From a virus (lineage: Duplodnaviria > Caudoviricetes), in the IMG/VR virus record IMGVR_UViG_3300011217_000001, positions 64,001 through 128,000 of that record: 64,000 nt of DNA; one strand, given 5' to 3'. Each line of letters begins with the position of its first letter. Positions within the stretch are counted from its first letter, which is position 1. The notes under the pieces were generated by a model. The model saw only the letters and a list, made by a program, of their open reading frames with translations, did not search any database and had not been told where the DNA came from. Shown here piece after piece: positions 37,320 through 45,992 of this stretch. The position numbers were made by a program, and so were the translations under genes.

Positions 37320-38942
37320 TTAACGCCGTTGGATTCTTTGTTGCACGTCATCCAGGATCGGACGAAGCGCGGGCGATCTTTCCACCAGTCCATCGTGGGA
37401 CAGGCGCACGTACACATTGGCGCGGTCCCGACCAGTGGGATCACTCTTAGACATATTTCGGAAACTACCCACCTCGGCCATGGAGGAGTGCAGCTGTCTT
37501 GCCGGGTCGCTCATGCTTCCCTTATTGCCACCACGACCACCCGTTGTACTGGTCTGGGCCACCAGACGCGAGGTAATCTTGAAGACCTTGTTGTCACCAG
37601 GGCACGTTACCGAAGTAACTTCGTTGTGCGTGGGCTGATTGAGCTGGAAGATCAGGTCAGTCCGCAGATTACGCCGAAGCTCGGCGTTGATCTCCTTGGG
37701 ATTCAAGATCGGCTTCTTCGAGTTGCGCAGGTTGAAGCTGAAGTTGTAGATCGCCTTGTTGATGTCAAAGACGATGTACCTCAGGATCACGAACTGCTTG
37801 CCGTACATGCTGGCAATGTCCTTTGCATTACCGGTCAGTCGGCCATGGAAGGTGTCGATCATGTGGAAGAACAGGTCATAGACCGTCTCCACGATCACTC
37901 CATCTTCCAGGAGCTTCTTGCGCGAGTTGCGATCCATGTAGGTGTCGAGCGATGCAAGGTGATCGTCCAACCGCTCCAGGATCTTACCCTCACTCTGGCC
38001 TTCGCCGAACAGGAAGATGCCGAGTGCGAGCTGCCATCGGGTGATGTCAAGTGCGAACTCCAGCGGGAACCGTTCGGGGAAGTGGTCGATGGCATAGAAG
38101 AAACTGCCGACCAGAATGTGCACAGCGTCCGAATAGTTCTCCCGAGGGATTGCCATGCGGATGTCCGAGACCGGATGACCGATCTTCAGACGAACCCCCT
38201 GAGGCTTGATCTGTGCCGAGGAGAAGATCACCCAGTCTTTCTTCGGGTAAGCCTCCTCAGTGATCGTTGCCGAGTCGCCCACGACGATGTTGGTGCCTCC
38301 GTACTGCTTGAAGGTCTCCTCAACGCCATAGCGACAGAACAGGTAGTGTGCCATCGTCGAGTTACCACGGATCGGCTGGCGGGCCAGTTCAGCTTTGCCC
38401 TCCGCCGTGTGGTTGTACAACGAGGCATGGATCAAGTGCGCGTCAACCTGAATGCTGTCACGCATGAAGGTGTAATACATTCGCTCGAAGGTGAGCTTGG
38501 CGCCTTGCAATGGAATGAAGATCGATGTGGCATTGATGCTGAATACCCTGTCCGCCAAAACAGGTGCTACTGCAAACAGCGAGCCACGCAGATACATCAG
38601 ACCGCCGTCCATGACGTTGGGCAGGAAGATGTACCTGGGGTCAAGAGGCTGACCCATGTAACTGAACATGTACTTGTTCAGGTGTGCGCTGGTCTTAGCA
38701 GTTTCCCAAGTCCTTTGGCTGTTGACGCGCTTGGTGATCTCCCTGAACGTCTCCCTCGGGGTACAGCGAACGAATCCGTCGTACTTCAGCCCTTCCGGGA
38801 AACCGGCGGCTGCCGTGCGGAAGATGTCATCCACCATCTTGTCCACATAGGGCACATGCTTGGTTGCCAGGCCGTTGGCAATGTCAGGGTTAAGTCGTGG
38901 AGTGACTTCCCTGAGCAGCCTGGAGTAATGTTTGTCCGTCAT
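37320..38942 (-). CDS. Non-virion RNA polymerase beta-like subunit, N-terminal part (phiKZ gp123-like)
   Basis: N..IANGLA, IFLP...GGL..LRGS...PVLADRVFS and LHSSMAEVGS...KSDPTG..R.N motifs; synteny with the capsid gene. Confidence 0.85.
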   Translation of the reverse strand: MTDKHYSRLLREVTPRLNPDIANGLATKHVPYVDKMVDDIFRTAAAGFPEGLKYDGFVRCTPRETFREITKRVNSQRTWETAKTSAHLNKYMFSYMGQPLDPRYIFLPNVMDGGLMYLRGSLFAVAPVLADRVFSINATSIFIPLQGAKLTFERMYYTFMRDSIQVDAHLIHASLYNHTAEGKAELARQPIRGNSTMAHYLFCRYGVEETFKQYGGTNIVVGDSATITEEAYPKKDWVIFSSAQIKPQGVRLKIGHPVSDIRMAIPRENYSDAVHILVGSFFYAIDHFPERFPLEFALDITRWQLALGIFLFGEGQSEGKILERLDDHLASLDTYMDRNSRKKLLEDGVIVETVYDLFFHMIDTFHGRLTGNAKDIASMYGKQFVILRYIVFDINKAIYNFSFNLRNSKKPILNPKEINAELRRNLRTDLIFQLNQPTHNEVTSVTCPGDNKVFKITSRLVAQTSTTGGRGGNKGSMSDPARQLHSSMAEVGSFRNMSKSDPTGRDRANVYVRLSHDGLVERSPALRPILDDVQQRIQRR

Positions 38943-38970
38943 CTCTTCCTCGGGCTAAGGATGGTTGTTG

Positions 38971-40092
38971 CTAATTCTTGTTGCTGAACATCGAGAACGC
39001 TTTTACGCCTGTGACGATTACACCAATCGCTGTCAGTATGGCTGGCACCGATTTCCAGAACTCAGTATGCTCTTTCCGGGATAGTGAGACCTCTTCAGAT
39101 CGTTCCTTCCTCAGCAGCATTTCCATGCTCCGGTGGTGGTTAATGAGATCAGATTCGCGTTTGATCTCGGTCAAGGTTTGGACGTTCTCCATGTCCTTTG
39201 TCTTGAACTGTTGTGTCGCCTCTTCCCGCTTACGCTCTTGTTCCGCCTTCCAGTCGCCGAGAGATTCGGCGTCACGATAGCTTCCATAGAGTCGATACTT
39301 CTTCCGTGCATCTTCGAGAGTGCACCACTCCAAGACCGGAGAGGATGGGAAGTTAGCACCCGCCGTAGCTGGCGGTCGCGTAAGGACATAAACGCCGTCA
39401 TCTACCCCCGGTACGCTCACAGGGTGGACGTCATGAATGACACCATTGAGATTCAGATACTGCGTGCCGTGCCTGCCGTTATTGTCGACTAGCTTGATGT
39501 TGAATCCGAAGTAGCCTTCTCGGGCTTCTTCTTTGTCTTTGGCATACAGTCGTTCGATATTACTTTCCACAGACCGCGGATGAACAATCACACTGTCCAA
39601 ATCTGCTTCCGAGAAGACCATGTCGACTTCACGGATATAGAACGCACCACCATTGTCCCTAAGGTCTTCCCGAGTGAAGGTGATGTGCAGACTGCGAGTA
39701 CGCCGGAACTTCTCCTGCATCTCTCGCGAATTGTCCAGTGCTTCGATCAGTGCTCTACGCACCCTAGTCTGATTTTCGGCTACTCCAGAAGATACTGAAG
39801 AGATGTCGACATTTACAGAATGATGCCATCTGTAGACGATAACGATCTCAAATACCCCGTCTACCCTCTTACGCGAATAAGAAGGTACACTCGCTTTAAC
39901 CCCCAATACATCAGTCGAATCAACGGTGATCCCGAGACCGTTGTGGAAACTGATGTCCTTACTGTACCAGGAAGGGTTTTCCGCAGCCATTCGCTTGTTT
40001 GATTCCACGCGCAGGTTCTCGCTCTCCCGAGTGACCACTGCACGGAATACTCTACCCATGGCATTCCCTAAAAAGTTGTATGGAACTTCCAA
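38971..40092 (-). CDS. Conserved hypothetical protein (gp122-like) with a coiled coil and a C-terminal hydrophobic anchor
   Basis: Long ORF between the capsid and nvRNAP genes. LY.SY..A...GD motif, charged coiled coil, VPAILTAIGVIV tail. The start is uncertain (TTG at 40092 or a downstream ATG). Confidence 0.75.
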   Translation of the reverse strand: MEVPYNFLGNAMGRVFRAVVTRESENLRVESNKRMAAENPSWYSKDISFHNGLGITVDSTDVLGVKASVPSYSRKRVDGVFEIVIVYRWHHSVNVDISSVSSGVAENQTRVRRALIEALDNSREMQEKFRRTRSLHITFTREDLRDNGGAFYIREVDMVFSEADLDSVIVHPRSVESNIERLYAKDKEEAREGYFGFNIKLVDNNGRHGTQYLNLNGVIHDVHPVSVPGVDDGVYVLTRPPATAGANFPSSPVLEWCTLEDARKKYRLYGSYRDAESLGDWKAEQERKREEATQQFKTKDMENVQTLTEIKRESDLINHHRSMEMLLRKERSEEVSLSRKEHTEFWKSVPAILTAIGVIVTGVKAFSMFSNKN

Positions 40093-40120
40093 ATCGATTT
40101 GGTCGTAACTATCCTGTTAC

Positions 40121-40150
40121 AACTCAATGATGTATGGTTCAAGATTTTTT
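40121..40150 (-). promoter_or_regulatory. Putative early-type phage promoter
   Basis: The - strand reads AAAAATCTTGAACCATACATCATTGAG, resembling the TACATCAC/TATATTAC core seen at 47570, 57545 and 60130. Confidence 0.45.
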
Positions 40151-40157
40151 GCTTGAC

Positions 40158-40200
40158 GGCATAGAGGAAAAACCAGAGGGGAGGCCGAAGCCTCCCCTCT
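40158..40200 (-). terminator. Terminator of the major capsid gene
   Basis: The - strand reads AGAGGGGAGGC-ttcg-GCCTCCCCTCT-GGTTTTT followed by TATGCC. Confidence 0.8.
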
Positions 40201-40298
40201 GATCCACCGTACTGCCAGAAAGCAGGTAGAACTAGGTGTAACAGCTTTGAGTTGCCGGGTGGCGGATTTGCCTGACCCACCCGGCGTCCCCAAAACTA

Positions 40299-42587
40299 TC
40301 AGCCGCCGGTGCCGCCACCGGTGCCGCCGTTGCCGCCAGCACCCGGATCGGTGCCGTTGCCACCGGTGCCCGGGGCCGAGCCGTTGCCGCCGGTGCCGTT
40401 GCCGGCGTCCGGGGTCACGTCGGTGCTGTCCATGGCCAGGCTGGTCTTCAGGGTCAGCACCTTGTCCAGGTTCTTGACCTTGATGATCGCCATGATCGGG
40501 CAGTTGTTGAAGTGACGCGCACGCGGCTGGACCATCGCTTCCTTGATGGTGGCGCCGTTGCGGTTCACCATCACCGAGCTGGTCAGTTCCGGGATCCAGG
40601 CGAAGTTGCCGTAACCCAGCGGATCAGCGCCCTGCGCCGACGGACGGACGAAGAACATGACGATGTGGCCATCGACACGGCTGTCGACCGACACGGCCTG
40701 CTTGGCCTCGTCGAACACGGTCGCCCAGGTACGGGTATCGCCCTGCACCATCAGGTGACGGGTGATGACCTGGTCGGTGATCAGGCCCAGGATCGGCTTG
40801 TTGCCGGCGCCAGCGTGGGCGTCCAGCGCCTGCTGGTAACCCGACTGCTGGTACATGCGGTAGGTGATGTCACGCACCGCGTTGACCAGGCAGGCCGACA
40901 CGTCGAAGGCCTTGTCCCACGAACGGATGGAGTTGATTTCCTTCTCCAGATCCAGTTCCAGCTCTTCGTAGAACGGGGTCACCAGGAAGCGGCCCATGCC
41001 TTCCAGCGGAGCGATCGAGCCCTTGATCTGCGGGCCGGCCACGTAGTCACGCAGCGCGGCTGCGTAGTTGAACATGGTGGTGATCGCGTTGTTGCTGTTG
41101 CGGATGCGCACGGCGTTGGTCAGGGCCTTCAGGTCCGAAGCATCGCGCGAAGCGGTGATCGGGCTCGGGGCGCTGATCGGCGAACCCAGCGGGATCACGT
41201 AACGCTCGGTTTCCCACTGGACGTCCAGCTGCATGCCACGGGTGCGGCGGTTGCTGTTGGTGCGGTAGGCCTTCAGGTCGTAGCCGACGATCTTGGCATC
41301 GACGAGCTTGTCGACGATGGCCTTGCCGGCGCCGCTCTTCAGGTCGACCAGTTCGGAGTTCTCGTCCAGGATGGCGAAGACTTCGATTTCCGGCGCGTCC
41401 ACGCGGACGGTGCCGTACTGCACGTTGGCATCACCGAAGGCCTGCAGGCGCAGCTTGACGGTGTACTTGGCAGCTTCCAGGTCGGCCACGATGGCCGGCT
41501 TGACCTGGTCGACGGTCAGGGTGTTGGCGTTCAGCGGGATGCCGACGCTGGTGAAACGCAGCGACAGATCCTTGCTCTGGCCTTCGATGGTCTTCAGGAA
41601 GCTGTTCAGCGGCAGGCGGCTGACGTCGACCGGAATGGCGGTTTCGCCGGCGGCCAGCTGCACGTACAGGGTTTCCAGGGCCAGGCGGGCGTCCAGCGCG
41701 TCGCTGTTGTCCAGGATGTGGTTGGCCATCAGTTCCGGGTGAGCGGACAGACCGATGATTTCGTGCTTCTTGCGCACGGCCAGCGGAGCGGTGGTGATGT
41801 CGAAGCCCGACACCTGCACGACGCGCTCGCCCACGATGGCGGCGTCGACGAACGAGGCAGCGTTGCTGTCGTCTTCGGCCACGACCGGGTAGACGCGGGT
41901 TTCTTCGTCGGCCAGGATGGTGGCGTCACGGTGCGCGTCGATCAGGTTGCGCAGGTGCCAGTTGGTCTCGGTGCCGTCGGACTTGCGACGGATTTCCTTG
42001 TGGACCTGGTAGCGACCGACGGTCACGTCGATGGCAGCCTGGTCCGGGCCCACGACGATGGTCGGGTAGGCCAGCTCGGCGGCGTCGTCCTGGCGGGCGG
42101 CTTCGACGTTGAACTGGATGGAGTAGGCCATCGAGTTCTGCAGTTCGCGGTCGTCGAAGGCTTCCAGGGCCGGTTCGACGGTGTCGGTGTAGTCCAGCAG
42201 GCCGGCGGCGCCGAAGTTGCTGGCGTAGGACATGCGCACGCCTTCCTGCGACACGGCCTTCTTGGTCAGTGCAGCCTTGGCGTATTCGCCCGGGTTGGCG
42301 AAGGCCATGGCAACCATGGCGCCGGCGGTCTTCTGGGCGTCGGTCAGCTTGATGCTGGTGCCGCCTTCCAGGCCACTGTAGTGGCTTTCCAGCGAAGCCG
42401 ACACGTCCTGGGCAGTGCGCTCCAGGGAGGCGAAGGCGCTGTCATTCAGGCTCTCCATCGACAGGATGGCGTTGGTCGCTTCCTTGCCGCCGAAGTTGGC
42501 AGACTGGTTGGTGACCAGCGACTTCAGGTTGTCGATGCCCTGCTTGTAGGGGTTGTGCGGACGCGAGGCAATGTTGAGGCGCTGCAT
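40299..42587 (-). CDS. Major capsid protein (phiKZ gp120-like)
   Basis: AAGGA RBS and extreme codon bias. PALEAFD maturation site, then FN..AARQD...E..YPTIV, N.N.R.RG and F.WIPE...QPR..H.N..P motifs. Confidence 0.92.
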   Translation of the reverse strand: MQRLNIASRPHNPYKQGIDNLKSLVTNQSANFGGKEATNAILSMESLNDSAFASLERTAQDVSASLESHYSGLEGGTSIKLTDAQKTAGAMVAMAFANPGEYAKAALTKKAVSQEGVRMSYASNFGAAGLLDYTDTVEPALEAFDDRELQNSMAYSIQFNVEAARQDDAAELAYPTIVVGPDQAAIDVTVGRYQVHKEIRRKSDGTETNWHLRNLIDAHRDATILADEETRVYPVVAEDDSNAASFVDAAIVGERVVQVSGFDITTAPLAVRKKHEIIGLSAHPELMANHILDNSDALDARLALETLYVQLAAGETAIPVDVSRLPLNSFLKTIEGQSKDLSLRFTSVGIPLNANTLTVDQVKPAIVADLEAAKYTVKLRLQAFGDANVQYGTVRVDAPEIEVFAILDENSELVDLKSGAGKAIVDKLVDAKIVGYDLKAYRTNSNRRTRGMQLDVQWETERYVIPLGSPISAPSPITASRDASDLKALTNAVRIRNSNNAITTMFNYAAALRDYVAGPQIKGSIAPLEGMGRFLVTPFYEELELDLEKEINSIRSWDKAFDVSACLVNAVRDITYRMYQQSGYQQALDAHAGAGNKPILGLITDQVITRHLMVQGDTRTWATVFDEAKQAVSVDSRVDGHIVMFFVRPSAQGADPLGYGNFAWIPELTSSVMVNRNGATIKEAMVQPRARHFNNCPIMAIIKVKNLDKVLTLKTSLAMDSTDVTPDAGNGTGGNGSAPGTGGNGTDPGAGGNGGTGGGTGG

Positions 42588-42650
42588 TTCTGGGTTCCTT
42601 GACGGTGACGGTTTTGGTGAATAGGATCGGGCGAAGGACGATCACTTTCC

Positions 42651-42654
42651 CATA
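42651..42654 (-). promoter_or_regulatory. Putative late promoter (TATG) of the capsid gene
   Basis: The - strand reads TTCTATGGG about 65 nt upstream of the start. TATG is the established phiKZ late-promoter core, but a 4-mer is weak evidence. Confidence 0.45.
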
Positions 42655-42797
42655 GAATATCCTCCTACGAGATTGTAACGCGCCCGACCCTGTCCTTGGA
42701 CTGCCTCCACCTGCGGGGATAACCTGTCCATACCATACAGGAAATCACGCGCATTCTGGAGAATAGGCAAAAAGCCTAATGCGGTTGTCGGGCCTTA

Positions 42798-43307
42798 TTA
42801 GGCCGCTTGCTGATCGAGGGTGTGTCGCAGCCATGCACGAGCGCAGGGCTCGGTCATGAGCTCTTCGAACGGCATTTTGGTATTCAGGATCTTCATGACA
42901 TCGGTGTACAGTGAAGCCATGTCGGTGACGCCCACGGTGGAGGTCTGATAAATCAGCACCGTGTCTTCAGAGAATGGGTGACAAGACAGTACATACTTGC
43001 CCAGCTCTTCGGCGCTCTCCTTCATACGTTTGTCGGTAATCACTGCACGGAAGTCTTCACCGAGGTCCAAACGCTTGCGAGTTTCCTCGCATTCGTTGAT
43101 CGACGGGAGGAGATCGCTGCAGTGGAAGGAGCTGACGATCGGCGCAGGAAGGATGTCGTCCAGTCGGTAATTGAGTCCGACATAAAGTCTTACATCCTCA
43201 GGTGATACTATGCCCAAAAGTTGGGGGATGTTGACCAGTGCACTTCTGGGGAGGGACGCAGCCTCGATGGCGCGCATCATCCAGAGCGGTGCGAACAGCA
43301 TCTTCAT
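42798..43307 (-). CDS. Conserved hypothetical protein between the helicase and capsid genes
   Basis: AGAGGA RBS; 169 aa; divergent from the helicase gene. Confidence 0.75.
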   Translation of the reverse strand: MKMLFAPLWMMRAIEAASLPRSALVNIPQLLGIVSPEDVRLYVGLNYRLDDILPAPIVSSFHCSDLLPSINECEETRKRLDLGEDFRAVITDKRMKESAEELGKYVLSCHPFSEDTVLIYQTSTVGVTDMASLYTDVMKILNTKMPFEELMTEPCARAWLRHTLDQQAA

Positions 43308-43341
43308 CGCAAATCCTCTTTAAGAATAAGTGTTCATACAA

Positions 43342-44901
43342 ATGGATGCAAAACTACTCCTCGTAAAAGCGGTAACTCTGTTGTTCCGCGAAAGCCAGAT
43401 TGCCGACTACGGCTCTGGCTCTGACGATCTCATCCGTGAGACGCTGAACTCCATCAAGCTTCCTGAGTCCATGATCGAAACTGACCATGGCCGTGAGGTG
43501 ATGACGGGGCTGCGCGCAACAGTGCTCTGGCTCATTGACCGCAAAGCAGAGCGGTCAGTAGACAAGGAAGCATTGCTTCAAAGAATACGTGTGAACGTGG
43601 GTGACGAGACGTGGCTGTTTGATGCCATTGAGCAAGGCATCCGCGACCTCGACGACCAGGAAAAGATCCGTGACGAAGCGCTGTCCCATCGTCGAGACCT
43701 GATCCACTATCATCGCAACAATGCGGTGACCAACCTGGTCCGGTCTGCCTCCAGTACCCTGATGTTCAATTCGGGTAGTATTGACTGGCGCACCTACGTC
43801 CAGGACTTGATGGACAAGCTGGAACCTTATCGGAGCGATGCCACCGCTGTCATCGAGCAAGATGACAACGATCTGACCTTCGATGACATTACCAAGATTG
43901 CAGGCGCGGTTGAACGCGCGAAGGAAGAGAACCAGACCGACGGCGTCATGGTTGTCGGCTACCAAGGCTTCATGCGCATGCTCGGCCACCACAAGGGCCT
44001 GCGCCGTGGCGACATGTCTCTGGTGGGTGCGCTTCAGCACAAGTTCAAGTCGGGCTGGTGTAACGCTGTATTCGCCACAGCGTGCATGTTCAACACGCCT
44101 TACTTGAAGGACAAGACCAAGAAGCCGATGATGATGCTTATCTCCACCGAGGACAAGGTGAGTGATAAGCTGCTGTGGATGTTCAAGTTCATCAAGGAGA
44201 ATCTGGAGGGGGTCAAGGTTGACTCCACTCAGTTCACCTCCGCAGAGATTGCCGAGTACACGATCGGTAAGCTCACGCAGATGGGCTATGAAATCAACAT
44301 GGTCCGCGTCAACCCGTCGGACTTCTCATACGCCAGCTTGCAGGATCGTATCAATCGCTTCGAGGCAATGGGTTATGAGATCCACCTGCTGGTCATCGAC
44401 TACCTGGCCATGTTCAACAAGGCTGGTTGTACTCATGGTGCAACCGGCGCGGAGATCAAGGATCTGATCCGTCGTGTGCGTAACCTTGGCTCGGCCAAGG
44501 GTATCCACATCATGACCCCGCACCAGCTGTCCTCCGATGCAAAGCAGAAGCTGCGTGACGGTATCTCAGAATCGGACTTCGTCAAGGAAGTGGCGAACCT
44601 GGGTTACTGGGACGGTTGTAAGGGTATCGATCAGGAAGTCGATCTGGAGTACTACATCCACATCGTCAAGGTGGATGGAAGAGCTTACCTCACATTCCAG
44701 CGTGGTAAGCATCGAGGACTCATCGATCAGACAGACGATCGCGACATGTACTTCGCTCTACCGTTCCAGAAGATCGGAACGTTGCTGTGGGACTTCAACG
44801 GTAAGGACACCACCTTGCGCAAGCCAGGCGGTGGTGCGATCGGAACGAGTGAAGAAATGCCATGGTTTGATAGTTTCGAGATGAGCTCGATCGCCGCGTA
44901 A
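43342..44901 (+). CDS. dnaB: Replicative DnaB-like helicase (phiKZ gp118-like)
   Basis: GLRRG...GALQHKFKSG Walker A variant, ISTED, LVIDYL Walker B, TPHQLS, QEVDLE and RGKHR motifs. Start placed at MDAKLLL. Confidence 0.88.
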   Translation: MDAKLLLVKAVTLLFRESQIADYGSGSDDLIRETLNSIKLPESMIETDHGREVMTGLRATVLWLIDRKAERSVDKEALLQRIRVNVGDETWLFDAIEQGIRDLDDQEKIRDEALSHRRDLIHYHRNNAVTNLVRSASSTLMFNSGSIDWRTYVQDLMDKLEPYRSDATAVIEQDDNDLTFDDITKIAGAVERAKEENQTDGVMVVGYQGFMRMLGHHKGLRRGDMSLVGALQHKFKSGWCNAVFATACMFNTPYLKDKTKKPMMMLISTEDKVSDKLLWMFKFIKENLEGVKVDSTQFTSAEIAEYTIGKLTQMGYEINMVRVNPSDFSYASLQDRINRFEAMGYEIHLLVIDYLAMFNKAGCTHGATGAEIKDLIRRVRNLGSAKGIHIMTPHQLSSDAKQKLRDGISESDFVKEVANLGYWDGCKGIDQEVDLEYYIHIVKVDGRAYLTFQRGKHRGLIDQTDDRDMYFALPFQKIGTLLWDFNGKDTTLRKPGGGAIGTSEEMPWFDSFEMSSIAA

Positions 44902-44920
44902 GGCAAAAAAAAAGAGTCAG

Positions 44921-44964
44921 GTCATAGCTCCAGCTACCCGCGAGGGTAGCTGGAGCCTATGCCG
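44921..44964. terminator. Bidirectional hairpin (CATAG/TATGCCG flanks)
   Basis: 13-bp stem GCTCCAGCTACCC-gcga-GGGTAGCTGGAGC; upstream A-run at 44905-44913. Confidence 0.8.
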
Positions 44965-44965
44965 T

Positions 44966-45466
44966 TTAGATCTTGCGGAAGATGGTCGGGTCAAACTTGG
45001 GGTTGCGTTCGACACGGAAACGTCGACGGCCGTCATCGCTCAGGGCGATGGACAGGTTCATCTCATCGACCACGTTGGGGAGGTGAACTTCCAGCAGCGT
45101 GTGCATTTCCATCTTGCGCAGATGCTCATGCTCGGTCAGGTGGAACATCGCACGCTCCAGATCCAGCATCTGGTCTGCGGTGAGGGTGCGGGCCGGATGC
45201 TTTCCCTTGGGGCGATCAAAGGAACGCGTCGCGCTAACCAGCTGGCGCCCACGGTCATCATAGCTGGTCAGGACCAGCTTGTTGTGACCGACGGTGATGT
45301 GGAAGTAGGCCGTGCGGCGATCCACTTCCTTGTACATCTTTGCGATCTTGCGCCAACCGGCTTCGCATTCAGCCGTGGGGCAGAAGACGTTGTGGAAGAC
45401 CTTGGCCATAGCCAGGGCCATCTCACCGACGGACGGTTCAGTTGCGGCGACTGCGACTGCGTTCAT
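44966..45466 (-). CDS. Hypothetical protein
   Basis: AAGGAG RBS; 166 aa. Confidence 0.75.
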   Translation of the reverse strand: MNAVAVAATEPSVGEMALAMAKVFHNVFCPTAECEAGWRKIAKMYKEVDRRTAYFHITVGHNKLVLTSYDDRGRQLVSATRSFDRPKGKHPARTLTADQMLDLERAMFHLTEHEHLRKMEMHTLLEVHLPNVVDEMNLSIALSDDGRRRFRVERNPKFDPTIFRKI

Positions 45467-45475
45467 GATGCTCCT

Positions 45476-45937
45476 TTACTTAGGTAGTTGGGCGGCGGTG
45501 TCCTTGTTCCAGAGGCGATAGTCTGTGAACTTGTGGTCACCACCAAGTTGGCGAGTGGGTGCTCCGTAGGGCGTGTACCAGTATCCCTTGTAGAGGAAGC
45601 CGGTGGTGTGAAGCCCGGAGCCGATGATGCGGGAGAAGATATCGCGGACAGCCGATGGGGGTAACTTGCTCTTGCCGGCCATCCAGCGGTTCTCGATACG
45701 GAACTTGATGTAGCGGTTGGGTTCAATGCCGTTTCCACGTATGTGGATCAGGCCGTCTTCTTCGTTTTCTTCGAAGTCATAGTCGAACATGCCGACCTTG
45801 CCACGAAGGACGAAATGCATGAACAGGAAGCCGATGTTCTTGGCCAACTGATCAAGGCTCTCGAAAAAGCGAGTGAAGAAATCGCGCATGGCGGGTTGTT
45901 TTATCATGACGGACATTCGTCTCTTTCCTCCGTCCAA
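45476..45937 (-). CDS. Hypothetical protein
   Basis: The ORF tiles the operon. The likely start is the internal ATG of MSVMIKQ, behind GGAGG. Confidence 0.7.
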   Translation of the reverse strand: MDGGKRRMSVMIKQPAMRDFFTRFFESLDQLAKNIGFLFMHFVLRGKVGMFDYDFEENEEDGLIHIRGNGIEPNRYIKFRIENRWMAGKSKLPPSAVRDIFSRIIGSGLHTTGFLYKGYWYTPYGAPTRQLGGDHKFTDYRLWNKDTAAQLPK

Positions 45938-45942
45938 TAGGA

Positions 45943-45968
45943 GAGGGGAGTAGTTCTCTACTCCCCTC
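45943..45968 (-). terminator. Hairpin downstream of the 45993 gene
   Basis: GAGGGGAGTAG-ttct-CTACTCCCCTC. Confidence 0.6.
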
Positions 45969-45992
45969 CGCTAGACGTGTTGCGATCGATAC

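Noticed and set aside
38971-40092. Foreign island suggested by visibly lower GC
   Set aside because: The gene sits in the usual capsid-nvRNAP syntenic position and has no mobility signatures. Weaker codon bias is a sufficient explanation.
40255-40301. Programmed readthrough or frameshift extending the capsid protein
   Set aside because: There are tandem TGA TAG stops, no slippery heptamer before them, and only a short low-quality downstream ORF that crosses the terminator.
37320-44901. Introns or inteins in the RNAP subunit, capsid or helicase genes
   Set aside because: The ORFs are continuous and of ordinary size, with no intein C/S...HN motifs or embedded endonuclease.
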